Shown here: in pieces, positions 10,929 to 20,371 of the stretch | How positions within the stretch are numbered: the stretch's first letter is position 1 | How the letters are laid out: the number at the start of each line of letters is the position of its first letter | Assembly: GCA_965206845.1 (NCBI GenBank) | Contig: OZ242221.1 | Location: 288,001 to 352,000 of the forward strand | Source: Cenarchaeum sp. | GTDB lineage: Archaea; Thermoproteota; Nitrososphaeria; Nitrososphaerales; Nitrosopumilaceae | Direction: 5' to 3' | DNA: 64,000 nucleotides | Program-made: the position numbers and the translations under genes | The notes under the pieces: generated by a model | Database searches by the model: none | Told to the model about the DNA's origin: nothing | What the model saw: only the letters and a program-made list of their open reading frames with translations

Positions 10929-11435
10929 TCACGGCACGGGCTGTGGGGTTGCGCCCCTCTTGGCCGCATTGAAGTGCGATAGCGCCGCCAGCTCGTATTC
11001 AAAAGACTCCTGGAACAGCTCGTCTGAGCGGATCTGGTGCGATATGTCGCCGGTCTCCAACCACAGCAGGAGCTCTCTGACGCTGTCTGTCTGGGACACC
11101 GTAGAAAGCCTGAAGAGCTCCACCGAGGGAACAAACGGTCCCGGGATGTCCAGGCTGTCGTACTGCAGTGAGATCGCCTCCAGCTCCATCACATGCCTAT
11201 TTGTGTACTCGATAAAATCCTGCCGGGAGATGTCGCCCTCTTCCAGTATGATCCTCTGGCTCTCAAACGACTCCTGGGCGGCCTTGAGGTTCTCCTGGAT
11301 CTGCTGCAGCTGGTTGCCAAACGCAAGGCCCTTGATCCTCACCTGCTCAAGGTAGTAGCCGTACCCGATCGCCATGGAGACCACCACCGTCGCGACAACC
11401 CCCAGTGCGATTGCCTGCCTTCTTCGCTTCTTCAA
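10929..11435 (-). CDS. Membrane-anchored helical hypothetical protein
   Basis: Basic N-terminus, one TM helix, then an acidic helical domain. Confidence 0.75.
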   Translation of the reverse strand: MKKRRRQAIALGVVATVVVSMAIGYGYYLEQVRIKGLAFGNQLQQIQENLKAAQESFESQRIILEEGDISRQDFIEYTNRHVMELEAISLQYDSLDIPGPFVPSVELFRLSTVSQTDSVRELLLWLETGDISHQIRSDELFQESFEYELAALSHFNAAKRGATPQPVP

Positions 11436-11441
11436 GTTGAA

Positions 11442-11741
11442 TCAGTTGATATAGGCTCCGTCGGCGTCTGTCTCAAGCAATATAGTCATAACTGTGCCAC
11501 TGATAAAGGACTCGTTTCTTATGGTCCTGACTCTGCCCACATCCAGATGGTGCGGCCAGATCTCCACCACTATGGCTCCGACCTTTACGTTATCGGGGGC
11601 GTCTGTCAGGACGATGTCCTCCTGCCTTACGCCGTAGTCCTGGAGTTTCTTTACCGAGTGCTTCACCAAGGGCTCCGGATTGTTGTGGTTAATAGCCCAG
11701 ACGGTGCCCTCATACTGGATCTTCTCCATTGATGGTTGCAT
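11442..11741 (-). CDS. Hypothetical protein
   Basis: 99-aa ORF with operon-like spacing to the downstream gene. Confidence 0.7.
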   Translation of the reverse strand: MQPSMEKIQYEGTVWAINHNNPEPLVKHSVKKLQDYGVRQEDIVLTDAPDNVKVGAIVVEIWPHHLDVGRVRTIRNESFISGTVMTILLETDADGAYIN

Positions 11742-11762
11742 TGCGCATCCCTTCTATAACAG

Positions 11763-11994
11763 TTATTCGGGATCGAACACGGTAAGGGTCATGGTGCTCA
11801 TGACCCTGCTCAGCCTTCGGATCCTGTAGGTTATCGTCCTCTCAAAGTCCTCCGGGATCTCTGTGAACCTCAGCTAGCACGTCATAGGCCCCAAGCACAA
11901 GGCAGGCATCTGTCACGCCGGGCACCCGCTTCATCTCCTCGACGACATTCCCCTCTGCCCCGAGATCACAGTTTATCAGGATATAGCCATGCAT
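11763..11994 (-). pseudogene. Frameshifted Lrp/AsnC ligand-binding-domain protein
   Basis: MHGYILINCDLGAE...GAYDVLAEV in one frame continues as FERTITYRIRRLSRVMSTMTLTV in another. The span is 232 nt (3n+1). Confidence 0.8.
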
Positions 11995-12247
11995 CTCTTC
12001 TACACCGGACGCGGCGACTCTCCTTAAAAAAATTAAGCGAAACGCAAGATCACGGGCTCGCGCCCAGGCAGGCCCCTGCGCTCTGCCCTGCTGAGCCCCC
12101 ACGAACCACTGCCGGAATGGCGCTGGCGCAATGCCACGGATCGGCGGCATGCCCGGGGGACATGCAAGGTACCGCACAGTCAAGCCGGCAGGGCCGAACC
12201 GGATATGGCATGTCGCGCAAAGTGCTGTGCCGCACAGAAAGGATAGC

Positions 12248-13588
12248 CTAGTATCTCTTGGAGCTATCCCCGGTGCCGAATCGCCTATTTGATGATCCAT
12301 GCCTGGGCGGGCGGCTTCGTCCGTCGCGGGCATCTCCCCTGCCACGGCCATCTCCCCCACCGCGGCCGTACCGTCCCGGCTGGCCACGTCCAAAGGATCT
12401 GCGCCTGCCGTCTTGGGAGTCCCCATACCGCCTGGAGGTGACAGCCCTCTTGAGCGGGTCCGGAATTCTCACCTCGATGCCCATCTCTTTGTTCAGATCG
12501 GTCATCTCAACCTTGACCTGGCGCTTGATTATCTCAAAGTCAGGCACCGACGAGTACGAGACCAGGGTTATGGCCCGCCCCTTTGCACCTGCCCTGGCGG
12601 TTCTGCCAATCCTGTGAAAGTATACCATCTCCTGGTTGGGTATGTCGTAGTTGACCACCAGCGCCACCCGCGGAACGTCGATTCCCCTGGCGGCGACATC
12701 TGTTGCCACCAGTATCTGGGCCTTTCCCTGCCGGAAGCGCCCCATGGCCTGCTCCCTTCTGTGCTGCGACATGTCACCCTCGATGGCCACCGCATCAAGG
12801 TTCCGCCTGTGCAGCATCCGTACAACATCCCGGGTTCTGATCTTGGTGGAGCAGAATACGATGCACTGGCCCTTGTGGTTGTCATTGATAAAGTCAAGCA
12901 AGTGTTGCTCCTTCTCCCTGTCCCGTATCACAAGATATGATTGATCAATCCCCTCGCCGCTCAGATCATCGGCATCCAACAGGAACTGCTTGGGGTTTCT
13001 CAGATAGTCCTCTGACAGCCGCAGGATCTCTGTGGGCATCGTGGCAGAGAACATGGACATCACCTTGTCCTCCGGTGTGCGGTTCAGGATGAACTGGATA
13101 TCGTCAATGAAGCCCATATCTAGCATCGTATCTGCCTCGTCTAGGACGGTGTGGGCAATGACGTCTAGCGTGATCGAGCCCCTCTTGAGGTGATCGATCA
13201 GACGGCCCGGTGTGGCAACAAGTATCTCGACCCCCCTCTCAAGGGCATCAAGCTGGATTGGCATTCCCTGGCCACCATATATTGGAGCCGACCGTATGCG
13301 CGTATGCTTTGCAAACTTTACAATCTCTGCATTGATCTGAATTGCCAGCTCCCGGGTTGGTGCGATGATGAGTCCCTGTATCCCCTTTTTAGGCTTTATG
13401 GTTTGAAGCATGGAAATCAGATATGCGCCGGTCTTGCCGGTACCCGTATGGGCCTGGCCCACGACATCCCGTCCTGACAGCAGAACCGGTATGGCTGCCT
13501 CCTGAATGGGAAATGTGTCCTCAAAGCCCATCTCGTCTAGCGCGTCTAGTATCTCTTTTTTTATTTCTAGTTCTTCAAATTTTGTCAT
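12248..13588 (-). CDS. DEAD-box RNA helicase
   Basis: AHTGTGKT, PTRELA, TPGRL, DEAD, SAT and HRIGRTAR motifs with an RG-rich tail. Confidence 0.96.
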   Translation of the reverse strand: MTKFEELEIKKEILDALDEMGFEDTFPIQEAAIPVLLSGRDVVGQAHTGTGKTGAYLISMLQTIKPKKGIQGLIIAPTRELAIQINAEIVKFAKHTRIRSAPIYGGQGMPIQLDALERGVEILVATPGRLIDHLKRGSITLDVIAHTVLDEADTMLDMGFIDDIQFILNRTPEDKVMSMFSATMPTEILRLSEDYLRNPKQFLLDADDLSGEGIDQSYLVIRDREKEQHLLDFINDNHKGQCIVFCSTKIRTRDVVRMLHRRNLDAVAIEGDMSQHRREQAMGRFRQGKAQILVATDVAARGIDVPRVALVVNYDIPNQEMVYFHRIGRTARAGAKGRAITLVSYSSVPDFEIIKRQVKVEMTDLNKEMGIEVRIPDPLKRAVTSRRYGDSQDGRRRSFGRGQPGRYGRGGGDGRGRGDARDGRSRPPRHGSSNRRFGTGDSSKRY

Positions 13589-13691
13589 TTTTTGTTCCTT
13601 AATGACTCAGAAAAGCCTGCTGCTTAGCCTGTTATCATTACTTGGTAACTCATTTGCTTTTTTGAGGCCTAATAAACCATTGCGAAGGCGC

Positions 13692-14920
13692 GGCTGTGTC
13701 CTAGAGACATAACCCCACAATCATCCGCCGTCGTCGCGTCGGTACGGGTATTCTTCGAATTCTTGGGATTGCGGTATTTTTCCCACATCTCCGGCTTCAA
13801 ACGCTGTCCGAAACTGTAAAATCCCATCCGATCCAAGGGATGGTGCGCAGGCTCCCCTACGGGCGGCGCGGGTGTCTCCGCGCCGGTTATGCAGCCATTG
13901 CAGTGAGCGACTCGTGCGTGAGCCTGCCGCTTTTTACGTGCGATCGCGCGACTACCTCTATGTTGTAACAAATGATCCGGATTGCAACCTCTCGGTTCTG
14001 CCGGACGAGCCTCCTGCCCCGGAGGTGGTTCCCGTACATCTTCTTGATTGCCCCAAAGACGGCTTCGATTATGCTGCGCTGGTGGTACTCTGCCATGAAC
14101 CTGTCAAGGTCGTCCCTGTGGGTCCGGGTCATCTCGCCCCAGGCCTGGCTGCCGCCGTTCTTGCAGGTCGTGTTGGATTTGGGCAGGATGCGGGGCGTCA
14201 TGCCCATGCCGGCTATCGCGTCGCATATCAGTCTGGCCAGGTAGGCCGAGTCCAGGCAAAAGTTGCCGTTCCCGTCCGCAAGCCGGTCCAACATGGGCCA
14301 CATGCCGGTGATGTCGGAGGTGTATCCGTCGGTGACGTGATAGTCCAGGATGGCTCTGGTCGCGATATCGATGATGCTGTGAAGCTTGATCCACCCGCGC
14401 TTGGTCTTGGCCTGGCTGTGGCGGATGCTGAACCAGCGGACGAACCGGTTGCCTGAGTAGCCGGTGCTGTCCCCGGCCAGCGAACCGGCCACGATGTCGC
14501 CTGTGATCCTCAGGTGAACCTCGCGCAGGTACGACTCGGGGATCAGGCCGTAGGCGCGCCATATGGTGCTCTTGGAGGGTATCCCGGACAGCCCGATCCT
14601 GCTGACAAGATCCGGGTGCATTCTGAGGTAGCCCACCATCTTCCTGTAGGTCTTCATCTCTGCCTCCATCATGATGCAGACAACGGCCATGGCCTTTGGC
14701 GGATAGGCGGTCATGCCGCCCAGTCCAGGTCTGGCTTGGTAGGGGTCACCCATCTCCTTGATGGTGTTCAATATGGTGCTCAGTATCAGGCCCGGCAGGT
14801 ACTGCTGGACAATATTGAATGGTCGCTGATCGCGTCTTCCATCTGTCATTGGCGGGGCCGCGATCCGCCGATCAATATACCCTGCTATTTAGAGATGATC
14901 TATATCTGTAGGACACAGCC
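13692..14920 (-). mobile_element. IS5-family insertion sequence (IS903-like ends), apparently intact
   Basis: TIRs GGCTGTGTCCTAGAGA / TCTGTAGGACACAGCC and a 9-bp TSD CGAAGGCGC at 13683-13691 and 14921-14929. Confidence 0.92.
13887..14849 (-). CDS. IS5-family DDE transposase
   Basis: DSTG, KLH, DSAY and YHQRSIIEAVFGAIK motifs. Confidence 0.92.
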   Translation of the reverse strand: MTDGRRDQRPFNIVQQYLPGLILSTILNTIKEMGDPYQARPGLGGMTAYPPKAMAVVCIMMEAEMKTYRKMVGYLRMHPDLVSRIGLSGIPSKSTIWRAYGLIPESYLREVHLRITGDIVAGSLAGDSTGYSGNRFVRWFSIRHSQAKTKRGWIKLHSIIDIATRAILDYHVTDGYTSDITGMWPMLDRLADGNGNFCLDSAYLARLICDAIAGMGMTPRILPKSNTTCKNGGSQAWGEMTRTHRDDLDRFMAEYHQRSIIEAVFGAIKKMYGNHLRGRRLVRQNREVAIRIICYNIEVVARSHVKSGRLTHESLTAMAA

Positions 14921-15115
14921 CGAAGGCGCGGGATTCGGTACCTGCATGCCGTGCGACCTGTACAGGATCAGGATCCTGCCCGACGGATCTTTAGGATCGC
15001 GCCACAGGGGATGGCGCGCAGGACAGCTTGTCAGACGGCCCTGCCGTCGCATGCCGCAGAAAGTGCGCGACATGCCCGCAGGCGATCCCCGGACATAGCC
15101 GATTAACCAGTAGGA

Positions 15116-15189
15116 AGCCAATGGAGGGCTTTGAACCCTCGACCTTTCGCTTACAAGGCGAATGCTCTACCAGGCTGAGCTACATTGGC
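15116..15189 (-). tRNA. tRNA-Thr(UGU)
   Basis: Reverse complement folds as a cloverleaf: GCCAATG/CATTGGC acceptor stem, TAGCTCAGCCTGGTAGAGC D arm, TTCGC-CTTGTAA-GCGAA anticodon arm and GGTTCAAAG T loop. No intron. Confidence 0.96.
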
Positions 15190-15314
15190 ATGGGCTAGAG
15201 TCAAGATTCTAGCGATTTAAAGTGTTGCCACCGGCTCGGGGTCGTCGCGCGGCAGATCCTGATCCGGCAGGGTGATCTCAGTTTTTATACCGTAAACCCC
15301 ACCTCAGATTACCG

Positions 15315-15515
15315 ATGAAGTACATCAAGCCGCAAAAGCTGAAGGTGATGTTCGTTGCGTTCTTTGCTACCGGTGCCTTTGGGATCTTTTTAGGCCTTAC
15401 CGAGAGCGCGTTTTACATTACCAGTCTCGGGGTGATCAACATCTGCCTTGGAGGCTTGGTCGGGTGGATCCTTTTGACCCAGAAGCCCAGGGACAAGAAG
15501 AAAAGGAGACACTAG
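15315..15515 (+). CDS. Small two-TM membrane protein
   Basis: Two hydrophobic helices, a basic tail and TTTTTATA upstream. Confidence 0.75.
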   Translation: MKYIKPQKLKVMFVAFFATGAFGIFLGLTESAFYITSLGVINICLGGLVGWILLTQKPRDKKKRRH

Positions 15516-15606
15516 CCGCGCGGCGGGTGTCAGATATGTCACCTTCGTGTCGACCATCCAAAAAGACTGCCATCTTTATTAGTGCTGAAATCTGCCCAGT
15601 AATGGT

Positions 15607-16062
15607 ATGAATGTGGGCGACGTGTCCCCCGGCTTTGAGCTCCCTGCAAGCGACGGGAGCACGGTATACTTGGAATCGTTTAGGGGGAAGAAGAGCGTTG
15701 TTCTCTGCTTTTATCCAAAGAACCACCTCTTTGCATGCCCCTCAAAGATGGTGTTCAAGATGGCCCGGAGCGTGATTGCAGCCCATCCTGAGATCATCTC
15801 ACTCGATGCGGTTCTTTTTGCAATATCGGTGGATACCGTGGAGTCGCAAAAGGAGTTCGTAGAGAAGTACGGCGTGCCGTACCTGCACCTAAGCGACACC
15901 TCAAGGAACACCTGCAGGAGGTATGCAGGCCTCAACCTTGTCCGGCTGGCCAAGCGCTCCACGTTTGTGATCGATGTGGAGGGAAGGATAGCGAAGATCT
16001 TCCGGGAGATCGACGTTGAAAACCACGGCAGGCAGATTGTGGACTTTTTGAAGGGAGACTGA
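15607..16062 (+). CDS. Peroxiredoxin-like protein (Bcp/PrxQ family)
   Basis: FYPK...C, AISVD and KRSTFVID motifs. Confidence 0.85.
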   Translation: MNVGDVSPGFELPASDGSTVYLESFRGKKSVVLCFYPKNHLFACPSKMVFKMARSVIAAHPEIISLDAVLFAISVDTVESQKEFVEKYGVPYLHLSDTSRNTCRRYAGLNLVRLAKRSTFVIDVEGRIAKIFREIDVENHGRQIVDFLKGD

Positions 16063-16267
16063 GCCAGCTACAGATATGACGGGCGCCCAGACGGCCTGCG
16101 GCGCAAGACGTTCGTCTCTGGAGCAAAAAGACCTGCCGGATGCCGCGCACCAGAGGAGACGACGGCGCCCGCATGCGGCGCGGTATTGGGCATGAGCCAC
16201 GGAGCCTGCCGGCTTGCAGTCCTGAGTCAAACTATAAATAAATTAAATTCTTTCAAGGAATCAAGAA

Positions 16268-16819
16268 TTGCTCGATCTTGTCGCAAAAAAACTGTTTCTT
16301 ACAAGGGGCAGGGGTATACACGAGGACAAGCTTACCAGCTTTGAGTATGCCCTGAGGGATGCCGGAATCGCCGGAACCAACTTGGTGCTGATCTCAAGCA
16401 TCTTTCCCCCGCATGCCAGGCTGATCTCCAGAAGGGAGGGCCTCGACATGGTAAAGTCGGGACAGATTCTGTTTACGATATACTCCAAGAACCAGACCAA
16501 CGAGCCGCACCGGCTCTGTGCCGCATCGGTTGGCGTTGCGCAGCCAAAGGACTCAAGCAGGTACGGATACCTCTCCGAGTACGACTCGTTTGGTCAGAAC
16601 CAAAAGCAGGCAGGCGACTATGCCGAGGATATAGCGGCCCAGATGCTCGCATCGTCCCTCGGGATACCATTTGACATCGACACAAGTTGGGACGAGAAGA
16701 GGCAGCAGTGGAACATATCCGGAGAGATCTACAATACCACCAACACCACCCAGATTGCCAGGGGCGACCGGGACGGAAAGTGGACCACCGTGTTTGCTGC
16801 CGCAGTGCTTCTGGTCTAG
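16268..16819 (+). CDS. pdaD: Pyruvoyl-dependent arginine decarboxylase
   Basis: SFEYALRDAGI, NLVLISSIFPP self-cleavage site and GYLSE motif. Confidence 0.9.
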   Translation: MLDLVAKKLFLTRGRGIHEDKLTSFEYALRDAGIAGTNLVLISSIFPPHARLISRREGLDMVKSGQILFTIYSKNQTNEPHRLCAASVGVAQPKDSSRYGYLSEYDSFGQNQKQAGDYAEDIAAQMLASSLGIPFDIDTSWDEKRQQWNISGEIYNTTNTTQIARGDRDGKWTTVFAAAVLLV

Positions 16820-18084
16820 GGGCCCTTTTTGTATCCCCGCAGGTAATAGAGCGCCACCCCTACTGCCGCCACTACAATCACCAGCACCACGACAGGGGTG
16901 TCGTCAAGCCCTGCAGACCCGGGATCTGCTGCAGGCGCGGAAGATCCAGAGCCTCCACCGGCCACTGCGGGCCTCGGTGGCACCTCCACCGGCTCTACCC
17001 CATCGGGCAGCGGCGCCTCTCCGGCCGGTGCCAAGGTAAAGAACAGGCCGCCCCCGTCGACGGCAAGATCGGTGCCAAACAGGAACTTCGCGTCGACGGT
17101 CAGTCCCGCCGCGGGATCAAATATCCACCCCGACTGCGTAATGTCGGCTGGGACCTTCTCGCCACCGATCAGGTATGTGGACAGGATCTTCCCTCCGGCA
17201 TCTGATACCTGCACCGGCTCATCGGACAGCACGACCACATGCAGCAGGGAGTTGAGCGGGTAGAATCCGCCAGAGTAGTATCCGGAGCGCCGGATCTCGT
17301 CAACTGCCAGGTACTCCAGCGGGTTTATCCTCTCTGGCTGCTGTGTCGTGGGCTCCTCAGTCGACACCTTCAGCTGATACAGGGCGCCGCCACTCTGCAC
17401 AATCATGGAGAAGGTGACCCCTGCATTTTCCCCAGACGACATGCCAAGGGCGGCATCGTAAAATCCGCCCGAGTCTCTGATCGTATCTGGAATCAGAATC
17501 CCTGCCATCCTCTGAAACATCACGGCTGTGGGCTCTGTGGGCATCACATACACCACGGATGCCACTCCCGCCCCGGAGATGGCACCGGAGGTTCCCAGAG
17601 CGTCTGAAGCCGCGCCGCTCTGGACAAATACGGAGTGAAACTGGGCATCCGTCCCAAATGCCGTGTTTATCGCGCCGATGTGCAGATCGCCGACATCCCT
17701 CGGACTTGGGGTGCCAGCCTCTGACGGATCGGATGGGATTATGTTAACCAGTATGCAGGACTCGTCTACGACTCCCGGGACACACCGCTCCTCATTGGTG
17801 ATCACGACTGCCGAGATCCTCCCATCCTGAATAATATCCTCTGCCAGTTCGGGTGGAACCGTGATCTCTTGGTTGTTTACGCTGAGAAGCGAGACTGCCG
17901 ACCTGACGGAGCTCTGGCCATCAATGATTATCTGTATCTGCTCTGAGAATGTGGCAAGCTGCGGCTGCTGTGCCATTGCCGGAACTGCCGAAGCAACAGC
18001 CAGCACCATGATGGCTACAAGAGACAGGCTCCCACTCACAGCTGAAACACACGGAGTTGAATTATTAAGGTTTTCAGATGTCAT
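16816..18084 (-). CDS. Secreted, C-terminally anchored surface protein
   Basis: Signal peptide, Pro/Gly/Ala linker, and C-terminal TM helix with basic tail. Confidence 0.8.
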   Translation of the reverse strand: MTSENLNNSTPCVSAVSGSLSLVAIMVLAVASAVPAMAQQPQLATFSEQIQIIIDGQSSVRSAVSLLSVNNQEITVPPELAEDIIQDGRISAVVITNEERCVPGVVDESCILVNIIPSDPSEAGTPSPRDVGDLHIGAINTAFGTDAQFHSVFVQSGAASDALGTSGAISGAGVASVVYVMPTEPTAVMFQRMAGILIPDTIRDSGGFYDAALGMSSGENAGVTFSMIVQSGGALYQLKVSTEEPTTQQPERINPLEYLAVDEIRRSGYYSGGFYPLNSLLHVVVLSDEPVQVSDAGGKILSTYLIGGEKVPADITQSGWIFDPAAGLTVDAKFLFGTDLAVDGGGLFFTLAPAGEAPLPDGVEPVEVPPRPAVAGGGSGSSAPAADPGSAGLDDTPVVVLVIVVAAVGVALYYLRGYKKGP

Positions 18085-18168
18085 CCGTGCGGAACCATCC
18101 GCCGCGCCGGGTCTGGGGGCTCACCTTGACGCGCAGGCCCGCGCCCAGGCGGTGCCAATGCCGTACCG

Positions 18169-19194
18169 TCACTCCGGGCCGCTAGGCATCAAGCGGTCAA
18201 GGCGGGCCGAGGCGGCTTGGTAGTACTCGGCGTTGTTCTCAAACGCCACACAGCGCCGGTACGTCCTCATGGCGCCCAGCACCGTGGTGGCCGATCCCGC
18301 AAACGGATCAAGTATGGTGTCGCCCTCGTCGGTGAACAGTTCGATCAGCCTCTCTATCAGGGCCAACGGCTTCTGTGTCGGGTGTATCCTGTGCTGGGGC
18401 GACGGTGACTTGTAGGTGAATACGTTGTGCACGGACTTGCCGTTGAACTTTGTCCCCGGCCTCTTGCCCACAACGGCGGCCTCCCAGGAGTTTAGAAGCT
18501 TGAACCTGTGGTTGAACGGCACGGGGTTGGTCTTGTGCCACACCAGGGTTCCGATTGCGTTGAACTTGTGCTTCTCCAGTATGGCCGAATACTGGCCGAT
18601 CTGTGCCTGGGCACAGAATATCACACACCAGCCGCGTATCTTTGGGAGGAGTATGCCGGTCCATGCCTCCGGGCTGAAGCCGTGATCCCATTCCCCAAAC
18701 TCCCCCCGGGGCATGATGAAGTCGCCCCCGTTCTTGCGCAGTCGCTTGGGTATCTGCTGCTCACAAGCATATGGATCGCTTATCCCGTATGGAGGATCCG
18801 TCAGCAGCATGTCTATCGACAGGTCCGGGAGCCTGCCACCTGCAGCCACACCGTCGCCATAGAGGAGTCCAAACTTTGCCGCCCCGTCGGGTGTTGCCAC
18901 CTTTGGCGCCCCTGCGCCCTGCCGCAGATCATCAAGGCGTCTCACAATTCCAGGTATGTCCGCGCTGCCCACCACAACCAGGCTGTCGTCTATCTTCAGC
19001 TCGCCGATCTGCTCGCCACCAAACGGCTCCGCCACAACCGCCACGCTCCACAGGTGGGCCTCGCTGTCATACTCTGGAGTTCCAGATGCCAAGTACCTTC
19101 TCTCCCCGTGAAAGTTGTCCGACAGCCACCTGTTGGCGGCCGCCCTTATCGGAATCAGCGGCACCCCGACAGCCCGTTTGTTCTTGGCACCCAT
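18169..19194 (-). CDS. Beta-class N6-adenine/N4-cytosine DNA methyltransferase
   Basis: TDPPY precedes HPTQKP and DPFAGSAT. Confidence 0.9.
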   Translation of the reverse strand: MGAKNKRAVGVPLIPIRAAANRWLSDNFHGERRYLASGTPEYDSEAHLWSVAVVAEPFGGEQIGELKIDDSLVVVGSADIPGIVRRLDDLRQGAGAPKVATPDGAAKFGLLYGDGVAAGGRLPDLSIDMLLTDPPYGISDPYACEQQIPKRLRKNGGDFIMPRGEFGEWDHGFSPEAWTGILLPKIRGWCVIFCAQAQIGQYSAILEKHKFNAIGTLVWHKTNPVPFNHRFKLLNSWEAAVVGKRPGTKFNGKSVHNVFTYKSPSPQHRIHPTQKPLALIERLIELFTDEGDTILDPFAGSATTVLGAMRTYRRCVAFENNAEYYQAASARLDRLMPSGPE

Positions 19195-19375
19195 CCCATC
19201 ACTTGCTCACGGTTTTAGAGGTCATCCTGTCTCAATTTATGGCAAACTGTTCTCCGGCCGCATTGTTCACCAAGAGGCGCTGCTAGGATTAAAGATCATC
19301 CCTCCGCAGACTGCATTTCCGGACGGGCGCTACGGTAGACTTTGCATCCGGTCACGGGCTGGATCAGGTCTGCTG

Positions 19376-19756
19376 TTACCACGCCGTTTGCCATACCCCG
19401 ACGACGTTCCCCTCGGTATCGGAGACCCGCGCATAAAACCCGTACTCGCCAATCTGTTTCCTTGGAAGCACGATCTTGCCGCCGGACTCCTCTACCTTCC
19501 TTAGGTGCTCGTCAAGGGATCGTACGGAGATAACTATTACTGGGAGCTCCCCTGGCATGTGCCTTGCCATCATGCCGCCGTTTATCGTACCCGGCGCCTT
19601 TGGCATCATCGTCTTTGGATCAGACTCGGCGGTAGTCACCATATGATAGTCCATGTCCGGAAGCGCGGCAAACCGCCAGCCAAACACGTCTCGGTAGAAC
19701 TTTTGCGCCCTGGACCGATCCTCGTATGGAATCTCAAAATGAGTTACGCTATCCAT
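19376..19756 (-). CDS. VOC/glyoxalase-family protein
   Basis: VTHFEIP, FYRDVFGW, INGG and DTEGNVVG motifs. Confidence 0.9.
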   Translation of the reverse strand: MDSVTHFEIPYEDRSRAQKFYRDVFGWRFAALPDMDYHMVTTAESDPKTMMPKAPGTINGGMMARHMPGELPVIVISVRSLDEHLRKVEESGGKIVLPRKQIGEYGFYARVSDTEGNVVGVWQTAW

Positions 19757-19847
19757 GCCAGACACACACGGGCCACACTATAAGTATGCGCAGGTATCGG
19801 CACCCCGGAGCCGCATGGCCCTGCCCAGGCTGCGTTGGGAAGCCGAA

Positions 19848-20369
19848 CTATCTGGCCTGAAGGCCGGCGTTCCGGTCCAGCAGCATGGATCGCGATCGTA
19901 TCGTCTTTCTGAACAGGACGAATCCCAGGGCCGTGGTTACCGCGCCAAACATGATGTTGGCCACGTTTGCGTTCTCGCCGGTGGAGGTCATCGTGAATAT
20001 CATGCCCATCACCATCATGAGCACTCCAAGGCCCGCAAAGATCATCATGACCTGCGGGAGCTTTCTTGGCTGCGGCCTGGGGCCAAACCCCGGGGCGCTC
20101 TCGGGTATCGACCCGCTGACCACGGACTCGTGGCACACGTGGCAGTAGTGCTGGCGCTTGTGCTCCTTTGTGACGGCCTTGAGAAAGTAAAACTCCACGT
20201 TGCAGAGGTCGCACGGCCTTGCCGGGGTGACGATCCTCCCGTACTTGTCAAAGTCCTTGCCCAGGTCAAGCATGCACTTTTTGCAAAAGTATCCGGGAAT
20301 CTTCCACATGCGCTGGAACCGGTACTTTTTCCAGCTCAGCGGAACCCCGCATCCGCTACAGTGTGCCAT
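19848..20369 (-). CDS. Multi-CxxC zinc-ribbon protein with two C-terminal TM helices
   Basis: Four CxxC pairs from MAHCSGC. Starts 2 nt after the transporter stop. Confidence 0.75.
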   Translation of the reverse strand: MAHCSGCGVPLSWKKYRFQRMWKIPGYFCKKCMLDLGKDFDKYGRIVTPARPCDLCNVEFYFLKAVTKEHKRQHYCHVCHESVVSGSIPESAPGFGPRPQPRKLPQVMMIFAGLGVLMMVMGMIFTMTSTGENANVANIMFGAVTTALGFVLFRKTIRSRSMLLDRNAGLQAR

Positions 20370-20371
20370 TC

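Noticed and set aside
11842-11844. Selenocysteine or readthrough at the TGA in the Lrp-like ORF
   Set aside because: In-frame readthrough gives non-homologous sequence, and the Lrp-like continuation lies in a different frame.
15116-15189. tRNA-Thr as an attachment site of an integrated island
   Set aside because: No duplicated tRNA 3' end or integrase was seen. The nearby IS5 has its own TSD.
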